Positions 1 through 13,540 of a stretch of 64,000 nt of DNA are shown in pieces. The translations under genes were made by a program, and so were the position numbers. Positions within the stretch are counted from its first letter, which is position 1. Each line of letters starts with the position of its first letter. This stretch comes from Eledone cirrhosa (lineage: Eukaryota). The notes beneath the pieces were generated by a model. That model searched no databases. It saw only the letters and a list, made by a program, of their open reading frames with translations, and had not been told where the DNA came from. Where the stretch lies: contig OZ024742.1 of the NCBI GenBank assembly GCA_964016885.1, positions 37,882,001 to 37,946,000 on the forward strand, written 5' to 3'.

Positions 1-859
1 AAGTGCTATATGTTAAATAGACTAAGCAGAAAATAAATGCACTGTTGGGGGGCAAACAACTAAATTTATAAAGTATTTTCCAAATAAAATAACAGAGCCT
101 TTCTAACAGCAAAACATCAAAGGAATGTGATAACAACATAGAATAATGATAAATATAATTATCAAGGTGAAGTTATATGAGTGTGACAATGTGTTCCAGT
201 TGTTTGGTGAACAGATATGCATGTCGTTAACACAATTCACGGGGAAATTTAGCATGACACCCTGTGTGACAAGGTTAGTCATTTGGATTACAGCTACAGA
301 CCATCTGATAGACTTCCAAACAATTTCTATGAACCCAATTTCATTCATAAGCCTTTAGTCCTATCAAGAATATGATAAATAACACTTGCCCAAGATGACA
401 CCCATTGAGATCAAACCTGGAATCTTATGATAGCAAAGCAAACTTTTTCAACCATTTGGCTGCACTGCATCCACTATATAAGTGTATTTAATTAATTAGG
501 GTCTACAAAAGTTTACATATATGTATGAAGTTTAAATGCCCCCCCCCCCCCCCCCTCCTCCACAGAAATCTTCTTTTACAATAATGATCTGTCTGCCTGA
601 AACATCATCATTGTAAATATTTCTAGTTAACTATTTTATACTCCAGGCATTAGATATGTTAACACTAGTTTAAAACTATAGTTGTTCATGCTGGTGGTAT
701 CTTTAATACTTTCAGTACTAAACTAACTGAAATTACCCCCTTGTTCAACTGTACTAGGCTGTTAATTTGAAATAAAGTGTTTATATTTATCTAAAAATAA
801 AAAAAGCCTCCATCATAGTTTTATTTAAGAATGTGTATGCTCCAAACACCAGTTTAATA

Positions 860-1045
860 ATTGTTTCTATTTTTGGCACAAGGCCAGCAATTACCCAGTG
901 TATTACTGGTACTTTATTTTATCGACCCCGTAAGGATGAAAGACAAAGTTAACCTCGGCAGAATTTGAACTCAGAATGGCAAGGGCCATAACTCTATGTG
1001 TCAAAGCATGGCGTCCGACCCTCTACCGATACTGCCAATCCACCT
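860..1045 (-). mobile_element. tRNA-derived SINE with Meta/MESC-like core
   Basis: Minus strand reads GAGTTCAAATTCTGCCGAGGTTAACTTTGTCTTTCATCCTTACGGGGTCGATAAAATAAAGTACCAG (B-box then core). Related copies at ~2735-2913, 20390-20525, 21267-21480, 25240-25432, 41000-41200, 41210-41360 and 44830-44945. Confidence 0.85.
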
Positions 1046-2734
1046 AATAATCATAATGTTACACTACTAAAAGATCATTTTTCAGAATTATTTGAAAATC
1101 ATAAGGAAAATACTTTCATTAGAAATATGATAATGAAAGGGTTACATTATTTAGTTATAAAAGAAGCAGTTACATTTTGGTCTTTAAGAGAAATGAAAAT
1201 AAATTAGGGGAGAGAGATCAATGTTTGTGTATGAGAGAGAGTATGAAGAACTTTTTTTTAAAATCACATTACTTCTAAGTAATAATGTAATCAACAGAAA
1301 ACCAAATAGTTTTGCCATATTACATAAATGCTATAAGGATTGGACAAACTTTTTTTTAAGGTAGAGTCTATAAATATTCACACAGCATTAAGTATGCAGT
1401 TACTGATTACCCAATTACAGTCTATTAATCCTTTTAATAACTGCTTGTTTTAAATTGTTCATACTTATCTATAAACCTTGCATCATAATTCAATATAAGA
1501 ACCTTTGTTATACTCTAAACACCAACATAATAATGAGAAAGTTAGTTATATAATCAAATTCTTTCAAATTTTTCATTATTTTCAAAATCATTTGAACATT
1601 ATAAGCATTGTCTTTCACTAGAAATATGGTAACAAAATGGTTAAATCAATGGAATGAAAGAAATATAATTCATATATTTCCTATTTCTCATATCATGAAT
1701 GAGTGTGCATGTCTGTGTCTAAAATAAAATACTACAACCAAATCATTACAAAATGATTTTCAATTGAAATAGGTTGTAAAAGAATTGAGAATATTTTAAA
1801 GTATTTCAAGTATAGTGTATTAAGAGATTGAAAATACCACCTATTAAATCAATTCATTTGTAACAAAGTGAGCACACAATGGAATTTATTTTTATTTTAA
1901 TAAAACATTTCTGAATATATGCAACTTAATATCTATTATAAAAGTCAACAGCTTTTTTAAAATATTCAATATGTTGAAAAGACTTATGAGAAAGATAAGC
2001 TAATACAACCAAGGATAAATAATCTAGAAGAAAAAAAAGATATATATATTTTATTAAAGAAGTATAGATCATATTTATTAAACAGTGAATAATACATACG
2101 TCTTGCATATAGCATTGTTCTCTTTGATAGGCTTTAAATGTTGACTTTCTTATTTTTGACTACAAGTATTACAGTTTTGTAGTGTAAATCATTGATATTG
2201 GAGTCTCAAAAAGTGCCTTTGATTTGTTTTATTTGGTCATGCACACAGCATTCAGAACATGGCTAGGTGGGCAGATGGGAAAGTCAGTTCTTGAATTAAT
2301 ATCTAGTCTTCATATATATGGTGTAAGCTAGTGGAATTGTGAATGGTTGACAGTAAGTTCTGGGTGTGATTGGCTTCTGGTTGCGATGCTGTGGATTCAC
2401 TGGTTAAAGCTAGCACAAGTAATACTTAAATAGCACAACAATGTTGTGCTTAAGTTCATCCAAGAATCAGAGTAGGTGACAGCAAACCACTCCAGAGGAT
2501 CATCTTTGAATTACATCATTAACAACTGACTTTACTCTTTTTCCTAGAACTTAACTAATCAACAAAAATAGAATTTAATATAGCTATCATGCTATTTTTG
2601 GCACTTTTTAGGCTACTTCCAGTTTTTGTGATACAAAACTACTAATTTTAAAATGCCTTTATCTGAATTAAAATCTATGTAGAAACAATTTATGTAGGAG
2701 CTTTCTGTTAAATACATTCTAAACACAAGCAAAA

Positions 2735-2913
2735 TAATTGTTTCTACTTTTGGCACAAGGCCAGCAATTAACCAGTGCATTACTGGTACTTTATTTTATC
2801 GACCCCGTAAGGATGAAAGGCAAAGTTAACCTCGGCGGGATTTGAACTCAGACCATAATGGGCCGTAATTCTTTGCTGCAAAGCATGGCGTCCGACCCTC
2901 TACCGATACTGCC
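2735..2913 (-). mobile_element. Meta/MESC-like SINE
   Basis: Close match to the 860-1045 and 25240-25432 copies. Confidence 0.85.
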
Positions 2914-3729
2914 ATGAAAAATTTTGTTATTTTACTGAATCTTTCTAAATCCTTCATTTATTTATTTAATTAATTTATACATCTAGATAGTGTATTTCAT
3001 GAGAAGCATGGACCTCGATAGGGTTACATAATTAAATCAATAGTTTACATGATGGAACATAGTATCATCTGTAAAGTGGTGATGAATAAACAGAGACATT
3101 GAATGGTTGAGAAGATCTTTTGGCCATGTTAAGGACTTGACAACCACTCTAGTGCTGCTTCCACAATAACATACACCCAATACACACTGTAAAATGGCAG
3201 TATTGGTGCCACAATAAAATGCACCCCAACACCCTGTAAAGTAGTAGTGTTGGTGCAATGATAAAACGCACCTAGTCACTCAGTGCAAGTGCAAAAATAA
3301 AATACATCCAGTATACCCTGCAAAGAGGTTGCCATTAGAGGAGGCAACCAGCTGTAGAAACTATGTTAAAATGTAGAACATATCAACAGAAAGTGAGTCT
3401 CTGACCCATCCAACCCATGCCAGCATGGAAAGCAGACATAATAATTTACAGGCATTTATTCTACAACCTTGACTAAATGAAAATCATGCTGAATATATCA
3501 AAACAGTGAAACTTAACAACAAATCTAGCCAACAAGTTATCTTGTAGTATAACAATAGTTATTAATTTTAGCTAAAAATGTTTACACTGACAAAATACTC
3601 AAATGCCTAAGTTGATGGCTTAAGAAAACATGAAATGCAACGCAATGAAAACACTTTTTGCTTATTATATAAGAATACATGAGTTTTAATATATTCTATA
3701 CTTTTATTAAATTTCACAATGCTTACATT

Positions 3730-3900
3730 TTCCCATATTTTTCTAGGTTGATACAATTTTCTAAACTTGCTTTCATCTAGCTGCTTTGTCTTTCACTATA
3801 TCCTCTGTTGGATTGATCTTATAACTTAAATTTATATTTTCCTTGGCAAGTCCATTCTCCCAGAATTGGTTCTCACTATCAAATCATAACAAAAATCTAA
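3730..3900 (-). pseudogene. Very degraded RTE-like LINE fragment
   Basis: Minus-strand translation DLIVRTNSGRMDLPRKI resembles [24 protein letters not shown] of the young RTE; stops and frameshifts follow. Confidence 0.35.
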
Positions 3901-4806
3901 TTCTCTCAGTTCTTGCAACCTTCGGGCTTACCTTGCATCTCTTTATCATAGAGAATCTCATTGTAGCAAACTTCAATCTTCAATGCCCACAATATTTTTT
4001 CTCTGTACAGAGAGGAGATAGATATTCTTTGATGTCAAACAACAGCAGAAAATTGGTTATATCCCTTTTTATGGTTCCCTATCTTATAACAAATAAATAT
4101 AAACCATTCATTCCAAACATGCCAGCTTTGATTCTCTTTCTTACTTAATCATATTTCTTTTTATACTCCTCAATTGTACATGTTAATCACTTTGTTACCA
4201 AAGTATATAAAATTGCTCCTGTTTTTGTGATATAAAACTGTTAATTTTAAAATGTTTATATTCATCTAAAAACCTTTCATCATAATTTTATGTAAGAAAC
4301 TTTGTTAAGTTGTGTTCCAAACACCAGCTTAATGATGAGAAAGTTAGTTATATTACTAAATCTTTTGAAATTACTTTTTCAAAATGATTTGAAAGACATA
4401 TGCAATGTATTTTTATTAGAAATATGGTAACAAAAGAGTTAAATATAATATAAATAACTTATTCTATTCATGGTAGTCATAAGTAAAGCTTCTATTTTTC
4501 ACCATACCTAACATACTGAGAAAATCTTAAAACTATTTTCTCCTATATTCCAATTGGAAATCACAATAATGAAAGAATTATTGTCATAAACATTGTTGTA
4601 ACTGATACGACTGCAAAGTAATAGGCTGTGAATTTTTTGTTCACATGTCTTTGCTATCTAATACAATGGGCTTGTTATTAATATTACTACACACCTAGAT
4701 CTAGCTTTGAAACCTTTTGCCTATATTATATATGTTACTACACACCTACAGAAAGTATGACGATAGTTACAGAGAGAAACCTAACAGATCACGACAAAAA
4801 TATTTT

Positions 4807-5082
4807 TTAACTCTTTTGTTACAATATTTCTCTTAAAAAACATTGCCTGTAATTTTCAATTCATTTTGAAAATAATTTAAAATCTTCAGGGATTCAGTAA
4901 TATAATTTTCATTATTAAACTGGATAACCCATCCCACTTATACCAGAATGGAAAACAGACACAAAATCACGATTATGATGTTTGGAGCGTAAGGTTTTTA
5001 GATAAATATAAAGTTTAAAATAAACGGCTTTGTAATATAGAACCAGGGGTGTTTTCAGACGGTTTGGTATCAAAAGGATTAA
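4807..5082. mobile_element. piggyBac-like MITE family A (representative copy)
   Basis: Ends TTAACTCTTTTGTTAC ... GGTATCAAAAGGATTAA; family consensus about TTAA-CCCTTT...AAAGGG-TTAA. Similar whole or partial copies near 1440-1645, 4200-4443, 5398-5660, 8780-8980, 14616-14846, 21963-22210, 23086-23338, 23690-23985, 26345-26619, 29106-29660, 32950-33170, 33813-34033, 36342-36997, 37028-37487 and 38975-39182. Confidence 0.7.
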
Positions 5083-6239
5083 ACTGAAAACAACAATAAT
5101 TTCAAAGATCATTTTTATATAATTTTAATCAATGAAGAGTCACTCAATAATGACTAATATGAATATTTTTTAAAATACCAAAGAAGAATAAAGCAAAAAA
5201 CATCTCTCTCCCAATCTAATTAAATCAAATGGTTCTGGAAAATAAGTTTTTGGAATGAGATTGGCTAAAAATAAAACTAAATAAATAAAAACTTTAAGTA
5301 GCACTCAGCATTATTAATTACAACCAAATTGATTGAATGCAAACTAGAGTAACTTACTATTTCATTTATATATATTTTCCTCTTCTGTGTATCTATTTTA
5401 ACCCTTTTGATACCAATCTACCTGAAACTGGCTCTAGTTCTATGATTCAAAACAGCCTGTTTAAAAGTTACACTTATCATCATCATCTTCGTTTAACGTC
5501 CACTTGCCACGCTAGCATGGGTTCAAAACTTTCCAATATAATTTTAGGTAAGAAATTTAAAAATGAGAAAGTTATTTTACTAAATTCTTCCATATTTTCC
5601 AAATTAATTGAAACACATTGGCAGTGTATTTCATAAAAAAAATGGTAATAAAAGTGTTCACCATTTTAATAACAAATCACCTGAAATCACCCCTGGAAAT
5701 ATGATACAAAGTTATTTGTTTCAAAGTGTTTATATTTATCTGGAAACCTTCCATCATAATTTTGTCCAAGAACATTTGATAACTAGCATTTCAAATATCA
5801 ACTTACTAATGCTGATTATTTAATTAGAAATACTGTAACAAACGATCTAATATATAGAAATATGAACAGATGGAAGGAGAAAATGATAGAAACTTGACAA
5901 AATAGCGTGTTAATTTTCAATGTAAATGATTGTACAGTTTTAAAACATTTAACAACCATTGTTCATGGAAAACTGTTGGTTATATTGTTCTGAACAAATT
6001 CCAACATTAATTAGTTTAACAAACAAATAACTTTCTAACGTTGAACAGTCAACTAATTATAAGCTAAGAATGTTAAATATGTTTTAACAAAGTGAGCAGA
6101 AGTAATATGGAGAAAGAGACTTATTGTCTAAGAACACAACATAAATTAACTTTTGCCCCATGGAACAGTAATCCAGTAAATGCAATGTGCATCCCACGTG
6201 CTTTGTTTTCATTTTTTGTTTGTTTTATTGAGTGCAACT

Positions 6240-7400
6240 CTGCAGTGTGTGTATGGGTACACAAGAGATGTAGTGGAATCTCAGGCAGGCTAGCAAAGAA
6301 CGTAAGTTTTACATGTGGCAGATGCACAAGTAGCAAAACCCCCAAAGGACACTAGCACCTTCAAATGCTCAGAGGGCTCTGTAGTAGTAGATGGTTTCTG
6401 TTTCCTGGGTGACCAAATTAGCAGTGGAGGAGAGTGTTCCGAAAGCACAGTAGTCAGAGTGAGAATGGGTTGGAGAAAGTTCACTGCTAAATACAAAAGG
6501 TTTTTCCCTCAAAATGAAGGGCAGATTGTATGATGCATGTATATGAACAGCAATGGTACATGGTCACGAGACCTGGGCGCTGTATGCAGAGGACTTGCAA
6601 AGATTGGAAAGAAATGAAGCTTTCATGCTTCGATGGATGTGTAATACAGATATACATGAATGGCAAAGCATAAATGAACTGAGAGAGAAATTGGGCATAA
6701 GAGGGATCAGTTGCAGTGTGCAGGAGAGGAGATTGCATTGGGATGGACACGTGAGGCATATAAAGGATGACAGCTGTATAAAAAGGTGCAGAGCGCTCAA
6801 AGTTGATGGAAGTTATGGAGTAGGAAGACGTAGGAAAACTTGGGATGAAGTGATAAAAGCTGACCTTGCACAAGTGCACCTCTCAAAGGCAATGATGCAT
6901 TACTGTGATCTCTGGCATTATGCAGTAATATAGAAGACCTGCCTTCCCATGAGCATGGGTTGAGGCATACATCTAGTATGTGCCACATTCCCCTCCATCA
7001 CCTTCCGTACACCTCTCATGTCGTAACACCTAACTCACATCCTAACACCCGACCGCTCATCCATGCCCCTAAAATCTAACCCCCCCCAATCCCCATGCGT
7101 CTCTACCACCCATGCCCCCAGTCCACACTATAAAGTGGTCATTTTTGGTGCCATGTGAAGGACCGCTCAGTCCACACAGTAAAGAGGTCATGTAGGTATC
7201 AGGACAAAAATTACCCAGTACACACTATGATTGTGGTTGGCATTAGGAAGGGCATCCAGTCGTAGAAACCAAGCCAAAATCAGTTCTATATGCGCAAGAC
7301 ATGGTCATCTGACCTGGCTTGTCTCAAAACAGGACAGCTTGTCTAACCCATGCTAGTGTAGAAAATGGACATTAAACTAATTTTGATGATGATGGTGATG
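6240..7400 (+). mobile_element. Old 5'-truncated RTE LINE (PHD-in-RT family), frameshifted
   Basis: Pieces [31 protein letters not shown]...ERRLHWDGHV occur in three frames; RTE 3'UTR and (GAT)n tail at ~7385. Confidence 0.9.
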
Positions 7401-7739
7401 GCGTGCGTGCGTGCATGTGCTTTAACACACTGAAGACACAAATAATTAATAGAGTGGTTTCTATGACTGATCCATACATGCGCAATCTACATACTCGGAC
7501 CAGTTAAGGAAGAATGTATCGCTTTCGTTTTGCATTTGAAAAGCGGTTCTAACCCTAAAATATTACGAAATATACTGGGTATAAAAAAAAAACATTATTT
7601 TTGTTAAGTGATATTCCAAACACTAGCTTAATAATGAGAAACGTATATTAATAAATCTTTGTGAACAAATAGGTAGTCTTTCATTGGGAATATGGTAATG
7701 TCTAAATCTAAAGTCTGTCTGAAGCCAGAAGGATTGTAA

Positions 7740-7962
7740 GGCCGGTACATATCCTTGTTTCAAGGCGTAAGCAACTGAGAGTACAAGACTCACCCTGGAC
7801 AGGACGCCATTGTTGGTACTCATTTTCAGCTGAGTATACTGGAGCAACGTGAAATAAAGTGTTTTGCTCAAAAACACAACTTGCATGCCAGCCCAGGAAT
7901 CAAACCCACAGCATTATGATCTTAAATCCAACACCCTTACCACTAAGCCACGTGCCTCCACC
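7740..7962 (-). mobile_element. tRNA-derived SINE (TTGAGCAARACACTTTATTTCAC body)
   Basis: Minus strand GGAGGCACGTGGCTTAGTGGTAAGG (A-box) ... GGTTTGATTCC (B-box); same head and body as 58402-58750. Confidence 0.75.
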
Positions 7963-10805
7963 GAGGTAATGAAAGTGTTAAAATATCAAAGAATATTCAG
8001 ACTTTTAAGAATTCACTGAATGCACAATCACTACTCATACAACACAAAAACAGTACATGATATTAATATTGAAATATTTTATGAAACCTCTAACATGGGT
8101 AATGTATGGGGTTGATTTTGTTTTGTTTTATTTTAATAGTTATACATCTAATATCTTCTTGTTAAATAGTTAAATGGTTTGTAGCATCATGTCGAGAAAT
8201 ATTAATACATTAAATATTATGCATCAATATCAACTTCTTAACAGAAAAAGTCCATGATGAATAATGAAAAGTGTTTAAATTACAATGCATCAAAAACCAT
8301 TCAACCATTCAGTGTAATAAAGTTGCTTCCTTATCCTCTTCATTGTTGTAAACCTCATCATATTCATTTAGAAAATACTTTTACCATAAGCCATGAAGTT
8401 TGAACCAATCAAACTATAATATCAACAACATAAAATGATGTAAATAAATACAATGCAATATAAAATGTAATGGACCTCTGTTAGTTTAACCCTTATCATT
8501 TACATTACTTTATATTTACTATTGTATTTTCACTGTAAACACTGTATCTCACATAATATCAAATCTACGAGATTTTGAGATAAGTATGAGCAGCTGGTTA
8601 TGTCGAGAAATATGGTGGTTTAAATGCTAAAGGGTTAAACAATAAGTTTTGTTCATTCAATTAATGGAACAGCCTGTTCATGAAAATAACAGACAAGTGC
8701 CTGAGTATTCCACAGAAATGTGCATCTTTAGCATAAATCTCAAGGGAAAATATGTGTCACAGCCCATAATTTTCATATCATTTTGAAAATAATCAATTAT
8801 TTGGAGGGATTTAATAATATAACTTCTCTTTATTAAGTCTGTATTTGGAGCATAGCTTAACAAAGGTTCTTATATAAAATTATGATGAAGGTTTTTAGAT
8901 AAATATAAAACCTTTAAAACAAACAGTATTGTATCAGAAAACTAGGGGCAGTTTCAGGCAGTTTGGTAATAAAAGGGTTGAATCATAAAACACATGTCCT
9001 GAACACAAAAGTCAAATTCTATGAAAAAGAAAAACACTTTTCACATTGTATTACTCCAGCCCTTCCCTCCTTCTATCCTCCCCCACTACATCTGCAGTTG
9101 ACTAATTTTTTGCAAATCAGTCTAGTAGTGTAATAATGTTACATTACACCAGACTATTGCTTTACCACCGGTGCCAGAGAGAGGCAAAGAGAGAAGAGGA
9201 GGGCTTTTACCTCTCCCTTGTGATACAGTAGAGATTCCCGTCAGCTACCATAAAGTTACTATACTATCTTCCTCAATATCACACAGTGTTGCTTAAAGTA
9301 TTAGATAGCTGGAGAGTCTGAAGTGAAATATTGCCATATTTCTGATGAAAGACACTACCTATTATTTTCCAATTATTTTGAAAATTATCAAGAATTTGTA
9401 AGGATTTAGTAATATAACTAACTTTTTCATTATCAAGTTGGTATTTGGAACATAAAGTTATGTTGGAAGGTTTCTAGAAAAATTTAAACAGTTTAAAACA
9501 AATAGCTTAGTCAAGCCTGCTATAATGAATGGTACTGCCTCTTACTTTTTTTTAAATGGTGCACCCAATGATTTAGAAAGATTTATGGTGATATACTAAT
9601 TTTGAAACTCCAACATAGAATTACTACAAATTAGATGGCCTACCTAGACTGTTCTGCTCCTACCCCCTTCACTGGTGACCGGCCTGAGCTTAGTATTGTA
9701 AAAACCAGTTAAGTGGAGAGTTTGAAATGAGAAAATTCCAGAAAATAGTAAATATAACAGAATTAAAATACTGGAACTTCATTAAAATGATGATGATTTT
9801 GTAAACATTTAATATCAAGTAATGGTATCTGCTTTCCTTATATAAACAGAATGAGGAAATTGTCTCTCTAACTATGTAAGTATATATGTGTAAATATATT
9901 TGGGCAGAAATATAATCCCAGTTCCTTTTATATTCTTTCAGTCTTTTACTGTTTTCAGTTATTAGATTGTGACCGTGCAGGGGCACCACATAAATTTAGT
10001 TTAATTTATAAACTTAGTGTGTGTGTATGTGTCCATCTAAAGCATGCAAGCATGACAAAGCAGACATAAAATGATGGTGCACATCTACAAAAGACTATTT
10101 TCTAAAAAGATTCAATAATTCTGTGTGAGTCTGTCTGTAACTATGCATATACACATACAAACAATGTGACACCTAAAGACAACTAACAATACACTGAATT
10201 AAAGAATCTAAATTATTATTCAGCCACATTCATTCAGTTTTGACAATTTCAGGTAAACTTGTGAGGGTTAACATTTTGACGTTTTGCTCTAAAATATTCA
10301 CTATTCCTATTATATTTATTTTACATATAAATTTATATATATAGTAATAATAATATATATATATATATGCAAGCGTGGAAAATGGACGTTGAACGGTGAT
10401 GATGATGAGGATATGTGTAGTATATATATATCTGGGGTGCATGCTTGTATGAAAGAGAGAAAGAGTGGGTGGGACATAAGAATCTTTTGTGCTAAGAAAA
10501 TGCTACTAATAATTTGGGAAGCATCAACCTAAAAATCCAATGCTAACTCTGAGGGAGGAGGGGAGGGTGTTGAAGTACGTATATCCTAGTTCCAAGTAGA
10601 AAATAGACATAAAATAAATACAACAACAACAAAGAAGCTTTTAGTTGAATATACCATAGAATATATCATGGATAACAGAAGTGTGTGTGTGTGAACACAT
10701 GCACAGATACGTATTACAAACACATGCATTTATCTTCTAAAAGTTGTAGAAAAATAGTATTACAAAGTTGCAATGAGATTAAGCAAGAGTGAATAGGAAT
10801 CTCAC

Positions 10806-10895
10806 CATTACTTCCTGGAGTTTAGATTCCCACATACCCACAAATACACCAGTACTTGCCGGCCGAGGATTTGCATTCGGATTTGGTCGAGACAT
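10806..10895 (-). CDS. Candidate first coding segment of an unidentified host gene (MSRPNPNANPRPASTGVFVGMWESKLQEVM)
   Basis: ATG with A at -3 and an in-frame TAA 14 codons upstream; 30 open codons ending at a phase-0 ATG|GTGAG donor; GC-richer and non-repetitive. Protein not recognised and no downstream exon found in the window. Confidence 0.5.
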
Positions 10896-11637
10896 TGTTG
10901 TAGACTTCTGAAGTTCTGAGTATACTTGTGGAATTTATTTGTAGTGAAATGGATGGGGGGGGGGGGAATGTTTGGTTCCTAAATAAAACAAATCAAGCTA
11001 CTGTGTGTCTTATTCTTTTCTTGGGGTAGTTCCTCAGGAATTATAGCTGCAGCTGCCAATGCAATGCAGGGCAGTCGCTACCTTTCTCTCTAGGTGCTTT
11101 TTTGTTTTTTCTACTGGTGTGGTTTGCTACTGCTTCATAAAATGAAACTGATTAAGAATGTATGTATATGTACCTACAATATGAGCAGCCTCCCTCTACC
11201 TATTAGATATTTCCCCTAACAGCTGCTGAACCAAACTTTATCCCACCCATCCTCTAAACATCTATTACTTTCTCTCTCTTTACATTCTCCATACCAGCAT
11301 GCTACCCTTCAGTGCCCAGGTCTGCTAATAGAGGCCTTCTACTAATCCTTACTGACAGTCTCACAGCCTTTCTACCTTACCATTAGCTTCATTACTCACA
11401 CAGTTAAAAAGACAAGAACTGTTGCTATTGGCTACATCATTTGTTATCTATCAAGGAGGCACAAAAAACTTCACTGATATATACTACATGAGATTTCTTT
11501 CCACAAAGTTACACAAACATCACATTTAGAGAAACTGATGACAAGAATGAAGAAACAGTTGTCAGTCTCCCTGACTTTTCAAGATAACCTGAAACCAGCA
11601 AAAAACAACAATATAATATAAAAATGGATATCCTGCT
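10896..11637 (-). other. Candidate long 5'UTR portion of the same exon
   Basis: Repeat-free sequence preceded by polypyrimidine acceptors TTTTTTGCTGGTTTCAG| (exon start 11588) and TTCTTCTTTTCCACATTTTACCAG| (start 11637). Confidence 0.4.
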
Positions 11638-12669
11638 CTGGTAAAATGTGGAAAAGAAGAAGACGAAAAAAAACTACAACAGCTTCAAGAAGTTTAATAA
11701 GACTATGAAAACAAATAGAAATAGAAAACTTTAATAGAAAATGTTTCATGATAATGTCTACAGGTAAAAGTTTATATTTTCAGCCAAATAGATATAGGTA
11801 TTTTAAATGTAAATTTTAAAATTTATTTAAAGAAAATATTGATTGTTATATTTACATATTCATGTATTTCTTCCTAGTTACAAACAGATATATTTAAAAA
11901 TTGAAAAGGTTGTATAACTCTTTCAATACTAACCCTCCCAAAACTGGCTCTGGTTCTATGAAACAAAATCACTCATTTTAAAGGGCTCCTATTTAAATTA
12001 TAAACTTCCAACATAATTTATATAAGTATCATATGTTAAGTTACTATCTTAGTAATGAAATAATTAATAATTTTATTAAATTCCTCAAGATCGCTCATTA
12101 ATTAATTGAAACGGTGTTTATTTCATTTCAAAAAGGACAAGATTTATAACCATTACTTTGATTCGTCTAGGTACACCTAAGATGTTAATAAATATCAATG
12201 TCTTAGCTCTACAAATGTAACTTGGATTATTTTATAAATTGGATAAATATGTTATCAAATATCAAAAGAAAAAAAAATTTAATACAGTGAAATCTATAGA
12301 AAACAACGAGAAAATTATTAATATAAATTACAATAAAATATAATAGCAGAATTCTGAAATAGAGAAAATTTATGAAATCTAGGGAATAATTGTATATCAG
12401 CTCTAAATATATATATTTATTTATTCAGAGAACTTTAGCAGTATTTTTCTTTATATATATATATATATATGTGTGTGTGTGCAATATATATATATATATA
12501 TATGTCCCACCCTTGCAAGCAGGGAAAAGCGGACGTAAAATGATGTTGATGATGATGATATATATATATTTGTGTGTGTATACATATATATAATATATAT
12601 ATATGCACACACACACCAACTGTACTGTAATTGTCATCAAATATTGTAATGAAATGTTGGGTGTGATTT

Positions 12670-12673
<4 letters not shown>

Positions 12674-12762
<89 letters not shown>
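12674..12762. repeat. Compound (TC)n(TA)n microsatellite
   Basis: Seen directly. Confidence 0.98.
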
Positions 12763-12765
<3 letters not shown>

Positions 12766-13015
12766 AAGAGAGGGTGTGGCTGGATGGGTAGGGTAGATAG
12801 ATAAATATAGAAATACAAATAAGATACATAAGATATTGCTCAATATATCTTTATGCCACAGTAACAAATTGATCGATATATGAAGCAGAGCCATAATCAT
12901 AATTTAATTCCATATGCATGCGAGAATATATATGCAAAATACACAAAGAAATAAAATATATTTTGTTAGTATTAATGTTTTATAGTGTATTTTGTATGTA
13001 TATTCTTACATGTAC

Positions 13016-13048
<33 letters not shown>

Positions 13049-13369
13049 CGGGTTCAATCAGGGATAACCAAACTAAGTAAGGTACTCAATACATTCTATA
13101 TTAAATGTTATATACATATATATATAGCATCATCATTTTTTCATCTGCTTTTTCTATGCTAACATTAGTTAGACATGACATTTTGAGACAGAATTCCCTA
13201 GGTGGATGCTCTTCCTGAGGTCAATCTTAATTTTCTTTTAAGTAAGGCACTAATCTTCACATGTGAAACCATTAAGCTGAGGAAATTTCTTTAAGCAGGA
13301 CATAAACATCACTTGCAGTAACAAATGTGAAGCAAAGAGCAAGAGAGGTGCATTCATGCAGACTCACAC

Positions 13370-13540
13370 ATACAATGAGCTTTGTATAGTTTGTATCTAC
13401 CAATTTTACTCACAAGGCATTGATTGGTTAATCTGAGACTATGGTAAAATATACAAACACACTTGTGCAAGGTGCTCCGCTCTGAAATAGGACCTGGAAC
13501 CACATGGTTGTGCAACAAACTTCTTAACCATACAGCCATG
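13370..13540 (-). mobile_element. tRNA-derived SINE (GGTTAAGAAGTTTG head family)
   Basis: Head TGGCTGTATGGTTAAGAAGTTTG...GGTTCCAGGTCC. Related copies at ~340-460, 15300-15465, 16640-16980, 19840-19995 and 30060-30306. Confidence 0.7.

Noticed and set aside
10806-10895. Assignment to Rho-associated kinase from the MSRP...KL start
   Set aside because: Similarity is too short and no kinase exon is visible, so no gene symbol is given.
11529-11570. CTGATGA...GAAACAGTTGTC hammerhead-like string
   Set aside because: Stem III can form, but stem II and the proximal stem I do not pair; probably chance.
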